Part shown: piece after piece, positions 34,738 through 48,791 of the stretch
Position numbering within the stretch: position 1 is the stretch's first letter
Layout: each line of letters opens with the position of its first letter
Made by a program: the position numbers and the translations under genes
Origin: Azolla caroliniana
Taxonomy: Eukaryota > Plantae > Polypodiophyta
Length of the DNA: 64,000 bases
Reading direction: 5' to 3'
NCBI GenBank assembly: GCA_043228905.1
Contig: JBHGNT010000008.1
Coordinates: 5,642,001-5,706,000, forward strand
The notes under the pieces: model-generated
What the model saw: the letters and a program-made list of their open reading frames with translations, nothing else
The model's database searches: none
What the model was told of the DNA's origin: nothing

Positions 34738-36587
34738 CAGTGCTTTGACCGCCCTTCAGCGCAGTTCCGCACGGAGGCGGTCAAATCTCGGACTCGGCTA
34801 ACTGCGTAGCTCTTTTTGCTTTTGCGGCGATGGCGGTTTGTGCTTCGACCTCCTCCCGTAAAGTCGTCGATACGTCATCATTGGATGCCAGCCCGGGGTT
34901 TTGTTGCGCCATAGTTGTGCTGCGTTCTAATTCCGCAATGCGCTCTTGGGCCTTCTATAGTTGGGTTTGAGTCAGCTTGACTATTTTCTAGACATTCTTA
35001 TTTTTTATAGCCATATCTTTGGCTCCCATACTGAATGTGACCAACTCCCTATGTACTTTGACGAGGGCCGTATTCAATGGGGGTAATTCAATGCCCATGC
35101 GGCGAATCCCTGCTTTTCGCTATCTACCTATCTTGGCGAGGGGTTCCTCATAGTCGCTTTCTGCTATTCTCATCAGCGCACGCTCAATCATTTGTTGTTC
35201 TGCGTGCTCCTTGACCATTCTCTTGGACACCTTGAGGTGTTGTGTCGCCAAAAATTCCATGAGTTCGTAAGTCGTCCCAAAGTGTAACAACGCGCCGAAC
35301 TCATGGGCCGTATCCGGGATGTCTGGATACTTGAGGACTTCGCTTTCCACTGTGAGCACTCCTTTGCCACACTACGACTGAGCCATAATGATCGGTTGGG
35401 GTTCCTGGATTATCTCCAATGTAGTTATGTGCTCCGTAGGGTCGGAAGTGTCGACTGGTGCGGCCGTATCTTTGACTAGGCTGTGACCATCCTTTTGATC
35501 TAATCGTCGCCGTTTTGGCCTGGGGCTTTCTTGATTCTGTTCCATTTCTTACACAGTCGTTGCTGTTGGTGCTTCAACCGGCCTTGCTAGTTGTTTCGGC
35601 TGCAATGATTGCACTACGGGGTGGGGAGGTTGTGGTTCTTCTTCCCATTCCGTGGCTGCCAATTCCAATAACCGTCATTTCGCGGATCGTGGCGGAGGCG
35701 TAGGTTTACAGGGCGGTGGGGCGGGCAGACCATGAGGCGGAAACAATATTGTAAGGTATCGTTGTATAATCAGCCATAGCCTTTTTCCAGCTTGGTATGC
35801 GTGCATACCCTCTCTTAGCGATGGTCCCGTAATCACTCCCCAATCTATTGCGTGCCTTTTGAATGTATCAATGATAATGCATGCCTTCTGTTTCGGCATC
35901 CCGTACGTGTTGACGTGCACGCAACCGAAAGAATGGGTTCAGGATGTCTTTCGTTCGGTATGCCTTGGCTGATATGGAGTATTCCCCAAAATATTCTTCT
36001 AGGGTTTCTGTACGAGGAATGTCGAAGTGTTTCTCCCTAGTCGCAGATAGGTCTAGTTTTTTCCGAACAATGGTGTTTGTCACCGTGTCCACGTTGAGCT
36101 TTTGGGCAATGTCCAGAGCATCAGGGTGTGATGGTGCCTCTGCGACCTTGATGTACCCCTCGAGCCACATGCGTAACGTTGTCAAGGAAATTCTTGTGTG
36201 TTCGCGAAATGAAGCGGGACCACCGGGGTCTTGGACCGGAAGGATTCGATATTTTTAACAGCGTAAGCGAAAAAGTATTGAAGATAGATAGATGGATGAA
36301 GAGATAGAGAGAGATTGAACCCTTGACTTTAGTTTTATGAAACACGATACATCACCATTAGGATAACTCAGATCTTTAATTAAAAGTTTCTTTTTTACTT
36401 ACATCACTTGTCTCCCTTACACAAGCCCAACTATAGGCTTTTATAGGTCTCTCCATGGAAAAACCATGGGCTAAAATCACGGGCTCAAACCATGGGCTAA
36501 AACCATGGTTTTGTGCCCACGGTTTCTATATATTGGCTTCCTACAAAATACTGAATATGAAAAGAAAATATACAAATTCTAAAGCAC

Positions 36588-36660
36588 TCAGTGTGGCTTT
36601 AGTGGTAAGTTGATTTGTCTCCTATCTTGGAGGTGCAAGGTTCAAGCCTTGCTTCCACCC
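36588..36660 (+). other. Degenerate tRNA-like / SINE-head-like sequence
   Basis: A-box-like TGGCTTTAGTGG, hairpin CTCC-TATCTT-GGAG and B-box/T-arm-like GCAAGG-TTCAAG-CCTTGC. No clear acceptor stem. Confidence 0.4.
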
Positions 36661-38149
36661 TTATGTATGCACTTAAATGCTTTTGTCTTATTTTCATATT
36701 TACAATTGAGCGCACATCACATGTGCACATGTTTAACTTTACATCTAACTTTTCTTTTATGATTCTCATTTCAATCCTATTTACAACATGCTAGCATATG
36801 CGTGTGGCCTTCACCCCTTTTACACGTGCACATTGCACCTTCTCGATTTCGTTCATTACACACAAATTTCACACCATTGCCGAAAACCTTCACGACAACG
36901 CTCCAGAGATGGAGTCCGGCATCGTGGGTGGGAGAGGCTCGTGTGGAATAGGTGAAGTTCTCAAGCCATGGTGATCGTGGACTCTGTGGTATGTTGGGGA
37001 GCGAGGGGAGCGAGGAGAGCGAGGGGAGCGAGGAGAGTTATTCTATTTTTTGTAGTGTGCAGAAAACCCTCTTTTTCTGCTCTAGGGTTCATAGGCCTGT
37101 GTGACATCGTGGTGCCGCGTGTGCTTGATCTTGAAGTTTGTGCATGCATAACCACCTTCTTCTTTTTTTTAACAATAAAGTACAATATTACTGTTACATT
37201 TTATTACACGTGGAACCTCTCTACCATGTCAGTTACGGTGTGGAACGGGTCTGCTGTATCAGTTACGGCATGGAACGGGTTCGGGGCGTAGGTCCCAGAT
37301 AAGGTTTTATTTGGAACACATTCACTTTTTGCCGAAGTATAACTCCAACAAGGGTACCCAATTGGAAGGTGTCATTTTCCGCTCCAACTATCCAATACGG
37401 CCCTGTCCAGTGGAATCGTAACTTGGCATTTGACCCATGCATTGTCGAGTTATTAGGGTCTTCGCGTGTGGAAAGAGGCGGGACCGCAAGGGCCTTGAAC
37501 CAAGGAGCGTGAGAACGAAGAGAGAGAGAGCAGCTTGCAGAAACACAGAGGGAGGAAGAGAGAGAGAGAGAAAAGTCTTAATTACTAAATCAATAACGAT
37601 TACAACCGGCAAGCCGGCAACGGACCCAACTCAGGCGAACACACACACACACCCCTATTGCACTGTGGAGCCTCTGTCGGAAGCACACGGACTGTCCATG
37701 AAGCAGAGACAACTCAATCCGAAATCCTGTAGAGAATGACGAACGATGGAGGAGAGAGCTCGGTCCCAGTCCGGCAGCACTTCGTCCTCGCTCCTAAAAC
37801 GCGATCCCTTCATCCGCCTTCTTCCTTCCCTTTTATAGGCCGTCGAGGCAGGCCGTTGCACCCTCGTTTTCATCAATTTATTCTCTGTCCTTTCGGACAG
37901 AGATACTCTTTGATTTCCTCGACATTCAATGCGTCACATCTAGTCTATCTACACCCATCGTCCTATTCCTAGTTATGTACAAGGTATTAATTGGTGTGGG
38001 AAAGTGTAGGGCCGGTTCATGCGCCTGCTTCACCGATTCCGCTTCTGGCCGGTTTTCTTCACAACATCCACCCCCACCAAACCGCGCATCCACCAGTATG
38101 TGCCAAAGAGGGACAATTACCGCAGAAAACCGGCTCGCGTTCACTTGTC

Positions 38150-41100
38150 GCCCTCCGGACTATCGGCGTCCCCGAACCGATCGTCGTCGTTATCACTCCC
38201 CTGCTCCGGCTCGTCTTCGTACCGCTTCTTGAACGCTTTATCCACTTCCCGATTACCGGCACCGCCAATCGTGTCCCGTCAAGCTCCGCAAGATGGTACG
38301 TGTCGTTGTCGTTCGTGCTCGTCACCGTGTAGGGCCCGAACCATCTCCTCTCAAATTTGCGGGTGTCCGTGTCCGCGTTCCACCTTCCCGTTAGCCTCCG
38401 GATTGTATGTTTTGGTGAGCGAGAGTTTAACCCATAGCCGGTGAAACAACTCTTCTGCCTCTTGCGCGTCCAATTCCCCGCGGTCGGCCACGATCTTACC
38501 TACGCACCCGTACCAACATACCACTTCTTCGATCAGAAATCAGCACACGGCCGTGGTCGTTTTGTTCTGCAACGCTCAGCCTTCCACCTGGTTCGTCAAG
38601 TCCTCCCGAACCAACACCAGATATCACATCTGCCCTACCCGTCGGCATCGTCACCAGATCCACCATCCACTTGAAGTGGACAGTCGGAGGGTAGGTCGGG
38701 TGAAGCTCATCTCGATGTCAGACTATGGAGTGCATTTGACAGCTTTCGCAAGTCGATACGAACCGATGCACGTCTCGATATAGTCCCGACCACAAGTACT
38801 TCCCCTTCAGCTTCTCGAATGTGGCCCATGTCCCGCGGTGTCCGGCCCAAGGACTCTCGTGGAACGCCATAAGAAACGCTTTCTGCTCGTCCTCTCTCGC
38901 TACTACGCGGAGTGGGGTGCCACTCCGCTTCTTCAGGTGCTTCCATATGCACCCTTCCCGTAGGAAGAACTGGTACGCCTTCTTCCGCACCTGGCATGCC
39001 TCTTCTCTCGTCCATGACACGTCCAGCGTCATCGTCCGTAGGAACCTCCCGATTCGGAGCCACTCTCTGTTGTATTCGCTCTCGTCGAATTCGTTTAGCG
39101 CCGGAGTGCTCCCCTTTCTTGTTGTCACACCAGCTGATCCGAATAAGTCCTCGCCGACTTCTTCGTCTTCTGAAACCATGCAGTCCTCGTCGCTGAACTG
39201 CGCCCTCCAAAGCATGTCAGCCATGGCATTGTCCTTTCCGAAAATATGTTGTATTTCCGGATTCAGGGACTTGACGTACGCTATCCACTGGAGCATTGCC
39301 AGGTCCGGCGTCGTGCATCCGGAAACCATACCGAGAATTGGTAGGCAATCCGTCTCAATGATTACTTCTGTCCTGATCGGATAGTCTTTGTCGGCCTTAA
39401 CTGCCGAAACGATACCCCATAGCTCGCGCTTAACTTGGGCGTATCCTCACTGCCGCTCGCTCAATACCTTCGTCCCGAACCGGATCGGGAACCGTACGCC
39501 GTCTTTGTCCTCCTGACTGATCATCCACCCAATCCCGATCGCGCTCGTGTCCAACGTCACGTAGATGGGGACTTCCTTGTTGTCTTACGGACTTCCTTGC
39601 CGGTGCCGCAGCAAGCGCCTCCTTCAGTCTCCGGACCGACTCCGTGTGCTCTGTCCTCCACTCGAACCTACGCCCTTTCCTCAATAGCCCGTAGAGCGGT
39701 TCTGCGACATGTGCGTAGTGCGGAATCCAGATGTGGTAGAATGCGCATGCACCCAAGAAAATCTGCGGACCTCCGTAACCGACCCGCAATCATCCTTCAT
39801 CACGGAGATGGCTTCTACCTTTGCCGGGGACGGTTTCCGGCCATAGGGCCCGCACAGGTGTCCGAATATCAGGATCTCCGTCTGCCCGAACGCTGATTTC
39901 TCTCCGGAGAAGGTGAGCCGCGCGCTCTCGAGCCTCTGCAGCACCTTATCGTAGTCATTGATGTAGTTCACGAGGAACCTCCGGCATCTGTCCGGCCCGA
40001 CCCTTTCGTTTGCATACTCCACCGGGCACCCTTTTATTGATACGTCGTCTAGGAATGGCATAGTGATGTCCGGGATGCAGTCCCTTAGCACCTTGTTCAT
40101 TGCGTTCCCCATGTGCGCCACCGAATTCGTTCCTCCTTGCGGTAGGGCACACATCTGCATCAAGCCGAGAGGAGTCCGCATTGTCGTGATGTCCCTGCTC
40201 TCTACGGCTAGTTGGAACTGGTCGTACTCCGAGTATAAGTCACCGACCAAATAGATCGACCTTCCGGCGAAGGCCTCTGCGAACTTGTCTATGGTCGGCC
40301 TGATTCCTGCGTTACGGATGGTCACCTTGTTGACCGGTTGCAGGTCCTGTATGAAGTGCAACGTGCCATTCTTCTTTGGCACCGTGAACCACCGATTCGA
40401 GTATGGGGCACTCGACAGTTCAAGGATGCCCATTTCCACCTTTTGCTTCAACAGCTCTATCAGCTTCGGGATGTGAACTCTGGGTACCGGAATCGGTTTG
40501 AGATTCCACGACACATGCGGTACGGTGAAGATCACCATTGGCTCGACGATTGTCGGGTCTACACACCCAATCTCCTCCGGCAGTAGAAAGCCACCCCCAC
40601 TAACCTTGAGCTCTCGTAGCGTTATGTCGGTGAACCGGTGTCCTATGCCGGCTGGATTCCATAAACTTGGGTCTGACGCGACCCCTTTTATCCGCTCTCC
40701 GCTGCCCTCCGGCAAGGGTGTTGCAACTGGCCTCACCTTCCGGTCCACAGACTTTACTTCGTATCCACGCGGGCCGTTCGATCCGACCCGATCCTCTCCC
40801 TGAAGTCCGCGATGACTTCGTACATTCCCATCGAGCTAACCGGAACGGTCTGGTCTTCGCTAAGGCCTTCACCAACCACCTTTCGTAATTCGCCCAATCT
40901 GTCATCAAAAGAGACCGCCTCCACGGCGCCGCTAATTTCTTCGTCGGGGGAGAGGACTCCACACACCCTAAGTCGTCTCTTCGCTCGCTTCCTCTCCTGG
41001 CTACTAATGTCGGTTAATGTATAACCTCCGTTTTCGGAGAGCCAAAATTTCCTACCTATAATACATGTGTGGGATTCTTCCGGGGTGTCCGGACTATCGC

Positions 41101-41688
41101 GGCCCCACGCCTTGATAGCCCTCTCTAAAAATCCCCTCGGCTGTCGCCGCCGAGGGTCTCGTGGTTTCGCTCGTGGTTGGGCCGCACTGTCATGAATTGG
41201 ACGGAATGCCGACCGTCTTGGCTCTTGACGCGCGCATATGCCGAACCGTTGTCCAGTACTTTCGTCTCCATGCGTGCGGCCGTAATGTACGGTTCACCGA
41301 GAATTACCGGGTGCGAGGAAGTCTCCTGCACGAAGAAATGCTGATCTATCTCGACGTCACCGATCTTCACGCATACGTTTGGGCACGCACCATGCCGCTC
41401 CTCTGTAGCGCGCGTCGCCATGTGTATCTTCCACCCGTGCTTGGTGTTGATCGGCCATTTCCCCTTTTTATAGAAGTCCATGGACATCAAGCTGATCTCC
41501 GAACCGTGGTCTACCAATGCCACCACCGGCTCTTGGACGTCGCCGATCCGAACAGGGGTTTCCATAGTGGCCCTAGCCTAATGCAGCTTCGCGTAGTGGC
41601 TTTCCGCCAACTCGTCCTCTAGGGCTGTGTCTTCTAAGTGCGTCGTCCGCAATTCCATCAGCCTCTCCGGTTCTGGCTCCGTCGAGAG
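38150..41688 (-). pseudogene. pol: Protease-RT-RNase H-integrase pseudogene of element D
   Basis: ORFs 41125-41565, 39681-40748 and 38718-39329 align with the element C proteins, with frameshifts and internal deletions. Confidence 0.88.
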
Positions 41689-41743
41689 TGTTAGGAAACA
41701 GGTCCCTTCGGATGAGGAGTACCCGGCTACGGATGACCCGGTG

Positions 41744-44700
41744 TGTTACGGGCATGACCATATAATATCCCGTGGTGAGAATTGTCGTAGTATTCTATAC
41801 ACGTGGATAAGTGTGAGGGTTAAACAAAGAGTCTAAAGAAGGGGAGGATTACTTTTAATCCTCGGGATTGAGACAACCCATGAGGCCAAGTGTGAACATG
41901 GCTGGGGGCCTTGAGAATTACTATAAATAAGAGGCCTAGCTACCCTCATTGGGGCATGCATTGACTACGTCGAGACTCTGTCCGTGAGTGGAACGACTCT
42001 TGTAGCAAGCGCGCTATCGTCCAGGTACGACTCGACGCCAAGGCGGTGGTATGGGACGCCGATCGAGGCTCGAGTCCGTCTCGATCCCTTCGCTCGGGGG
42101 TGGTCGGGTGGATCGGCACCCTTCTTTCTCTCTTTTCTCTCTATTCTTTCTAGATCTATCATTGATATATCCTTATTTTATGCTTACTTTAGTACCTAAT
42201 CTCTAATATTTGGTATCAGAGCTCATGTACTAACGTTTCTTTTGGTTTTCTTTTTGTCTTCGCGTGGGATGGCGATTGATCGTTGTGCGGTCGCCTTCAT
42301 GCAGACAAGGATTAGCGAAAGAACTTCGGTAAATTTTCCTTAATTTTTTATCTAATTTTTCTTCTCCCTTCTATACATGTGTATACTTAATATGTAGTTT
42401 TTTTTTTCATATATTCAATGATGTTGACGTGGTATTTAATTGGTTATCTTAAACGTTTACATATGTCCACGAGGTCAATACCTCGTTTGACATATAAATC
42501 ATATGTGATGAGTGTCGTATGCGTACGAGGTTATTACCTCAATTGCGTATTACGTTCACGAACATATGTTACATTCGCGTACGAGGTCAATACCTCGCTT
42601 CGTTCGAAATGATATGCGTTGGATTTACTATGCGTAAGAGGTCAATACCTCAATTGCGAATTACGCTTAACCTTATTTTCGGATGTTTCGTGTGCATAGA
42701 GGTATATGCCTCGATTACGTATCCCGAATACATCATTGTTGGCTATATAAAAAAAACGATTCATTTAGTATACGCATATGTGGTCACTTATATACGTCTC
42801 TGATCGTATATATGTGATATATTGACATATGTGTATATTTTAGATTACGTGATTCATATCAAATGTTTTCCTAATTGGGGAGAGGATTTTGGTGGCCGTC
42901 CTCACATTTTTGTGAGAATGGCGTTGTCACCATCCCTTTTATCAACAATTTTTATTGTTGAAATTCCCGTTGGTCACTTTGATCTTTCGTTACGTAACGA
43001 ACCTCGTATAGCCAAAATGATGTTGAATACGTCGGGCTTGATCCACATCAAGTAGGGTCGCTCTAATGACACACGTATCCAACATCTCCCCTCGTTACAT
43101 GGATACGATGCCACCATGAGCTCGTTCTTACGAGCGCCATTCGTAATGACGTGACCATGTGATGGGCCACATGAGCCTACGAAGACACAAGAGCTCATTC
43201 GGCTTGACCATTAGGTTACACTTTGGCATATGCCATTGTACTTACGAGGCTTGAGGGTAGGTAGCGTACAACCATAGTGGGTAATAAATGAGGGAGAAAT
43301 AAGGCCACTTGACCTATATGTTTCTTTTAAAAAAAACATATAGGGGCAAATGCCTCGCATATCTGGAATACGCCTCAAACATTAAACATTCAAGACGCGC
43401 AATCTACTTGGTTGGCTCAAGTGTTTAATGTATTTGTCCTCGAGGTCTCGAGTTCAAATATGACCAACACCATACAACATCGTTGATACATATGACTATA
43501 ATACATGTTTAGACTTTAGGTCTAAGTGCACTTCGGGGTCCTCGTAATAGGACTTAAAGAGCCGAAACCACATATGTGGGCACAGAAACATAGTTATTGT
43601 TAACATTTTTTTCGTGTATAAACTATTCATGACGCGAACATACATGGTTGAGCCTCGGGGAGCCGCCATGAAAAAAATCGATATAGAGATCAGGGAAAGG
43701 CATTCATTTGTCACCCCCATGGTTTTTAAAACACCTCTGTGTTACCATAGTAACCTGATCTTGAACCTCATCTCATACGTCTAGAGGGGTAGTGACGTGA
43801 GATCATGATATCGATTAATGTTTGCCCATGATATGTTTACACCACGACAAGATGTTATGACTATTTGTCTGACCTTATCTTATTTCTTTGCCAGAAATAA
43901 TCATTCAATGGCTCAGAATAACGACCCGATGCCCTCCGCTCAAGCGGAAAGACCTCAAAGAAATCCTCCTGGGACAATGTCCATTGAGGCGTATATTTAA
44001 CAAGTACAACATTTCCTTAGTTCAACCGCGCAGCAGTTGACCGAATTTCGGCAATCTCAAAGTGCTCTCGAGGCACGAGTCATTAGTCTCCAAAATGAGA
44101 TTAATAGACCTGATGAGCGTCAGGGTGAACCATCATTTGTCGTAAAGCCATTTACGGGAGATAAAAAGGAAAGAACCGAAGAAGCAATCTGAACGTGGCT
44201 GGGCCGATGGGAGTCTCATTTTGAGCTCTATCCCACGCCAGATAGTACGAAGATTGCATATGTCGGCCGAGAACTAGGGGGTAAGGCCGCCGCTTGGTGG
44301 CGTGGGCTCCGAACTTTGGGGAGATTGCCCGAGACCTGGACAGACTTTGTCACAGTTTTCAAGGGTCAATTTCTACAACCTCCCTCTCGAACCGAGGCAG
44401 CACAAGCTTTAATGAACCTCTCTAGCAGGAAGTTTTCCTCGCTAGAAGATTATGTCTACCATGCTAGAACCCAAATCCAAAAATCGGGTCTAGAAGGGGA
44501 CAATTGGTTAATAGCTTGTTTTGTCAATGGCATCCCCAATTCGGACTATCACTGGATAGTGCACGATAAGGATCCAAAATCCTTCGAAGAGGCCGTTGAG
44601 ATAGTTCTTCGCTATCAACGCACTTCGAAGAAGGACCATAACAAACCCAACGAAGCGCCCGGGACTAAGCAGTCGCAATTCGTTGGGAAACGCAAGACAC

Positions 44701-47700
44701 CCAACGAATTCATGGATCGCGATTATAAGCGACAACATCCTTTTTGCGTATTCTGCAAAAAGAAGGGTCATACAAAAGAGCAATGTCGTAAGCTCCAACG
44801 AAAAGAGCACGACGCCAAACCTAAAGCTACAGATCATAAAGGTCAGATTCCTAATGTCCTTCAGGTCTATACACATCATTTGAGTAATTGTCAATGTTCT
44901 TTCCCTCATTATGTATTGGGTCCCAATGATTTACTACGTGCAAACGGGTATATCAATGGATATCCCGTACAATTTTTATTTGATTCGGGAAGCTCACACA
45001 ATTTTGTGAATGATCGTTTGGTACAGATATGGGGAATCCAACCCACCGTAAGTGATCACACCTACACGGTGCACTTGGCTGATGGAAGAGTACAACACAT
45101 CAACGGGGCAATTCATTCTTTAGGAATTTCTATTGATACCTATATAGAGGAAGTAGACTTCCATGTAATGAATCTTAGTACCACCGATGTAATACTGGGT
45201 TATCCCTGGTTTTATAATTAAAGCTCTTCTTTATTTATTGATTGGGTTCGCCATTCCATTTCTTTTGTACTCAACGATTGTACGCATTTTATTCAATGTG
45301 TAACAAAACAATCCCTCTCGATTGTTTCCTCGTGTCCATCAATATCCGAGTTGTCTTGTTCTACGTTATTTTATTGTGTACTTGATCCGGACATTCACGT
45401 TTACAATATCGATAATGTCTCGGGTCAATTAACATATTTTGAACAAAAACAACTTGATGAAATCGTAAACGATTTTCGTGATGTTTTTCCGAGTGAACTA
45501 CCCGATGGTTTACCTCCTAAACGTAATATAGACCATCGTATAGATATTGTACCTGGCATTGCACCCATTAGTATACCTCCGTATCGCCTAAGTCGATCTG
45601 AAGAGGATGAGGTAGCTAAGCAACTTAAGGACTATTTACGAATGGGTTATATACGTTATAGTAAATCTCCATGGGGTGCACCAGTTCTCTTGGTTAAAAA
45701 GAAAGAGGGCACATGGCGTATGTGTATTATTACCGACGCTTGAATAAAGTGACGATCAAGAATTCGTACCCATTGCCCCGGGCTGACGATCTAATTGACC
45801 GTCTCCAGGGAGCTCGGTATTTTACGAAACTTGATCTCCGTACTGACTACCATCAAATACGAATAAGTGAGGACGATGTTCCTAAAACAACATTTCGTAC
45901 GCGCTACGGCCATTATGAGTTTTTGGTTATGCCTTTTGGTTTGACCAATGCTCCGGCTACATTTCAACAAGAAATGAATGACATTTTCCGAGAACAACTT
46001 GGAAAATTTGTCGTTATCTTCTTAGATGATATTTTAGTTTATAGCCGTACATTACAAGAACATGCTAGACATGTCCGCTTTGTTTTACAAATATTGCGTG
46101 ACAAACAATTTTACGCGAAGATCTCAAAATGTGAGTTCTTCAAGAAATCAATTACTTATCTTGGACATCTCATAACCGAACGAGGAGTTGAAATTGATCC
46201 TTCTCGCATCGAGAAAATCAAGCTTTGGCCCACTCTTCGGAATATTCGAGAAGTTCGATCATTCCTTGGTTTTGTCGGATTTTTGCGAAAATCTCTTCGT
46301 AATTACTCACAATTGACGACGCCGTTTACTGATCTTCTAAAAGGTCAAACGCGTAAGTCTACAAAACCTATTGTGTGGAATGCTACACTAGACCTCGCCT
46401 TTAAGGAACTCAAGGACTTGGTATGCAAGGCTCCTTCACTTCTTTTACCCGATCCTTCAAAACCTTTTGAGGTTGAAACCGACGCAAGCGATTATGCTAT
46501 AGGTGCTGTCTTGTATCAAGATGGTAAACCAATAGCATTCGAGAGTAAGAAACTTGATTCTGCTCAATGTCGGTATACCGTTCAAGAAAAGGAATTATTT
46601 GCGGTTATACATGCGCTCAAAACATGGCGCCATTATCTTTATGGAAATCGCTTTGTGGTAACTACGGACCACGAGTCCTTGAAATATTTTTGTGACCAAC
46701 AAGACCTGAAAGGTCGTAAGACACGATGGGCTGATCTCATCCAGGACTTTGATTTTTCCATACGATATCGTAAAGGTTCCATGAATACTGTCGCTGATGC
46801 ACTAAGTCGCATCCGTGAAGTTAACATGCTTAGCTTCACTGAAATAACATCAGATCTTTATGATCACCTTCGAGGAAAGTATCCTGATGACAATTATTTT
46901 GCAAAATACTGGGCAAGAGTCGAGTCTGGAACAGACACCACCACACCCTCGAAGGAATACTTCCACATTGCTAACGGTCTGCTCTACCGTAATGGGAAGG
47001 TTTGTGTTCCAGATTTACCTGAGGTCAAAAAGAGAATTCTTTTTGAATGCCATGATGCACCCTCAGCAGGGCACCCTGGAATACATCGTACACTCGTTCT
47101 CATCTCCACTCAATTTTATTGGCCTAAGATGCGTCCTGACATACATAGCTATGTGACTAAATGTCACCAATGTCAGGTTAACAAAGCCGAGCGACTTAAA
47201 GCCGCAAGACTTTTACATCCCTTGGACATTCCCAATAATAAGTGGGAAAGTATATCCATGGATTTTATTGTTAGCCTTCCTCGCACCCAAAAAGGTCATG
47301 ATGCCATATGGGTTGTGGTTGACAGACTAACTAAAATGGCCAGATTTATTGCTACTAAAACCACGGTAACAGCTCCTGAATTGGCTTACCAATTCGTTGA
47401 TGAGTTATTTCGTTTTTACGGGTTACCGATGGATATCGTGAGTGACCGAGATCCGAAGTTTACTAGTGACTTCTGGACACAAGTCTTTAAGAAGTTAGAA
47501 ACTACGTTGAGCATGAGCTCGACGGATCATCCTCAATCCGATGGACAGACAGAACGAGTAAATCAAATTATTGAGGACATGCTTCGAGCATACGTTGGTG
47601 CAAAACCAACAAAATGGGAACGTTACCTCCCAATTTTGGAGTTTGCTTATAACAGCTCCAAGCATACGTCGACGGGATATAGTCCTTTTATGTTGATGTA

Positions 47701-48791
47701 TGGATTTCAGCCACGAGCCCCGATTGATGTTAATATACATCATGATGAGTTGCGAAGTACGCAAAACTTTCTTCGGGATATGCAAGATATGTTGCATATT
47801 GCACGGGATAATATAAAAACAGCTCAAGATAGAGCGCGTTTTTATGCCGATCATCACAGGCAACCTCGTGTATTCAGCCCTGGACAGAAGGTATTTTTAC
47901 GTGTACCTCACAATTCTAAGACATTGTCTACGGGTAAGTGCGCTAAGTTAGCCCCACGGTTTTGTGGACCTTTTACAGTCCTCAAACGCATTGGATCATC
48001 AGCCTATCGTCTCGCTCTTCCCGATGGTGTTGGAATCCATCCAGTCTTTCATGTAAGTCGTCTAAAAGAACTTCTAGGTTCTGGCGACACTACAGTTACA
48101 ACTGAAACTCTCGTTACTTCTGAAGATTTATCTTCTAAACCACATGTACCAGAAAGAATTCTCGATGTTAAAACAAAAAAATTACGTGCTAAGGAAATCC
48201 GAGAATTTAAAATAAAATGGATGGATAAATCAATCAAAGATGCCACATGGGAACGCGAAACGACTCTAAGAACTAACTTCCCTAACTTTCCATTGCAAGA
48301 GTGCAATGTTTTAAAGAGGGGGAGTATGTTACAGGCATGAACATATAATATCCCGTGGTGAGAATTGTCGTAGTATTCTATACACGTGGATAAGTGTGAG
48401 GGTTAAACAAAGAGTCTAAAGAAGGGGAGGATTACTTTTAATCCTCGGGATTGAGACAACCCATGAGGCCAAGTGTGAACATGGTTGGGGGCCTTGAGAA
48501 TTACTATAAATAAGAGGCCTAGCTACCCTCATTGGGGCATGCATTGACTACGTCGAGACTCTGTCCGTGAGTGGAACGACTCTTGTAGCAAGCGCGCTAT
48601 CGTCCAGGTACGACTCGACGCCAAGGCGGTGGTATGGGACGCCGATCGAGGCTCGAGTCCGTCTCGATCCCTTCGCTCGGGGGTGGTCGGGTGGATCGGC
48701 ACCCTTCTTTCTCTCTTTTCTCTCTATTCTTTCTAGATCTATCATTGATATATCCTTATTTTATGCTTACTTTAGTACCTAATCTCTAATA
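41744..48791 (+). mobile_element. Full-length chromovirus Ty3/gypsy F
   Basis: 465-bp LTRs at 41744-42208 and 48327-48791, with three differences seen. TSD CGGTG. Met(i) PBS at 42211-42222 and PPT AAAGAGGGGGAG. Confidence 0.95.
43908..48340 (+). pseudogene. gag-pol: Chromovirus gag-pol (Gag, CCHC, protease, RT, RNase H, integrase, chromodomain) with stops and a frameshift
   Basis: Motifs [51 protein letters not shown] and PERILD...IKW...DATWE. Stops at ~43998, ~44190 and 45219; frameshift at ~45730. Confidence 0.9.

Larger units (their letters stand above)
17482..36300 (-). pseudogene. Extra 3' ORF of element E (~800 aa when reassembled; Pro-rich linker and coiled-coil), split by three insertions
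   Basis: Fragments at 36185-34738, 30824-30688, 23661-23183 and 17714-17482. Removing each insertion plus one TSD copy restores the frame (VKAL|EDKL, RKKA|WYDE, ALTQ|LLEDC). TATA-like CCTATAAAA at ~36439-36447 on the minus strand. Confidence 0.65.

Noticed and set aside
36588-36660. Functional tRNA gene
   Set aside because: No acceptor stem, and the anticodon and T loops have abnormal sizes. Kept only as tRNA-like.
42471-42712. CRISPR-like repeat-spacer pattern
   Set aside because: The repeats are only 14 bp, the spacers are related to each other, there are no cas genes, and the array sits in a eukaryotic retrotransposon leader.
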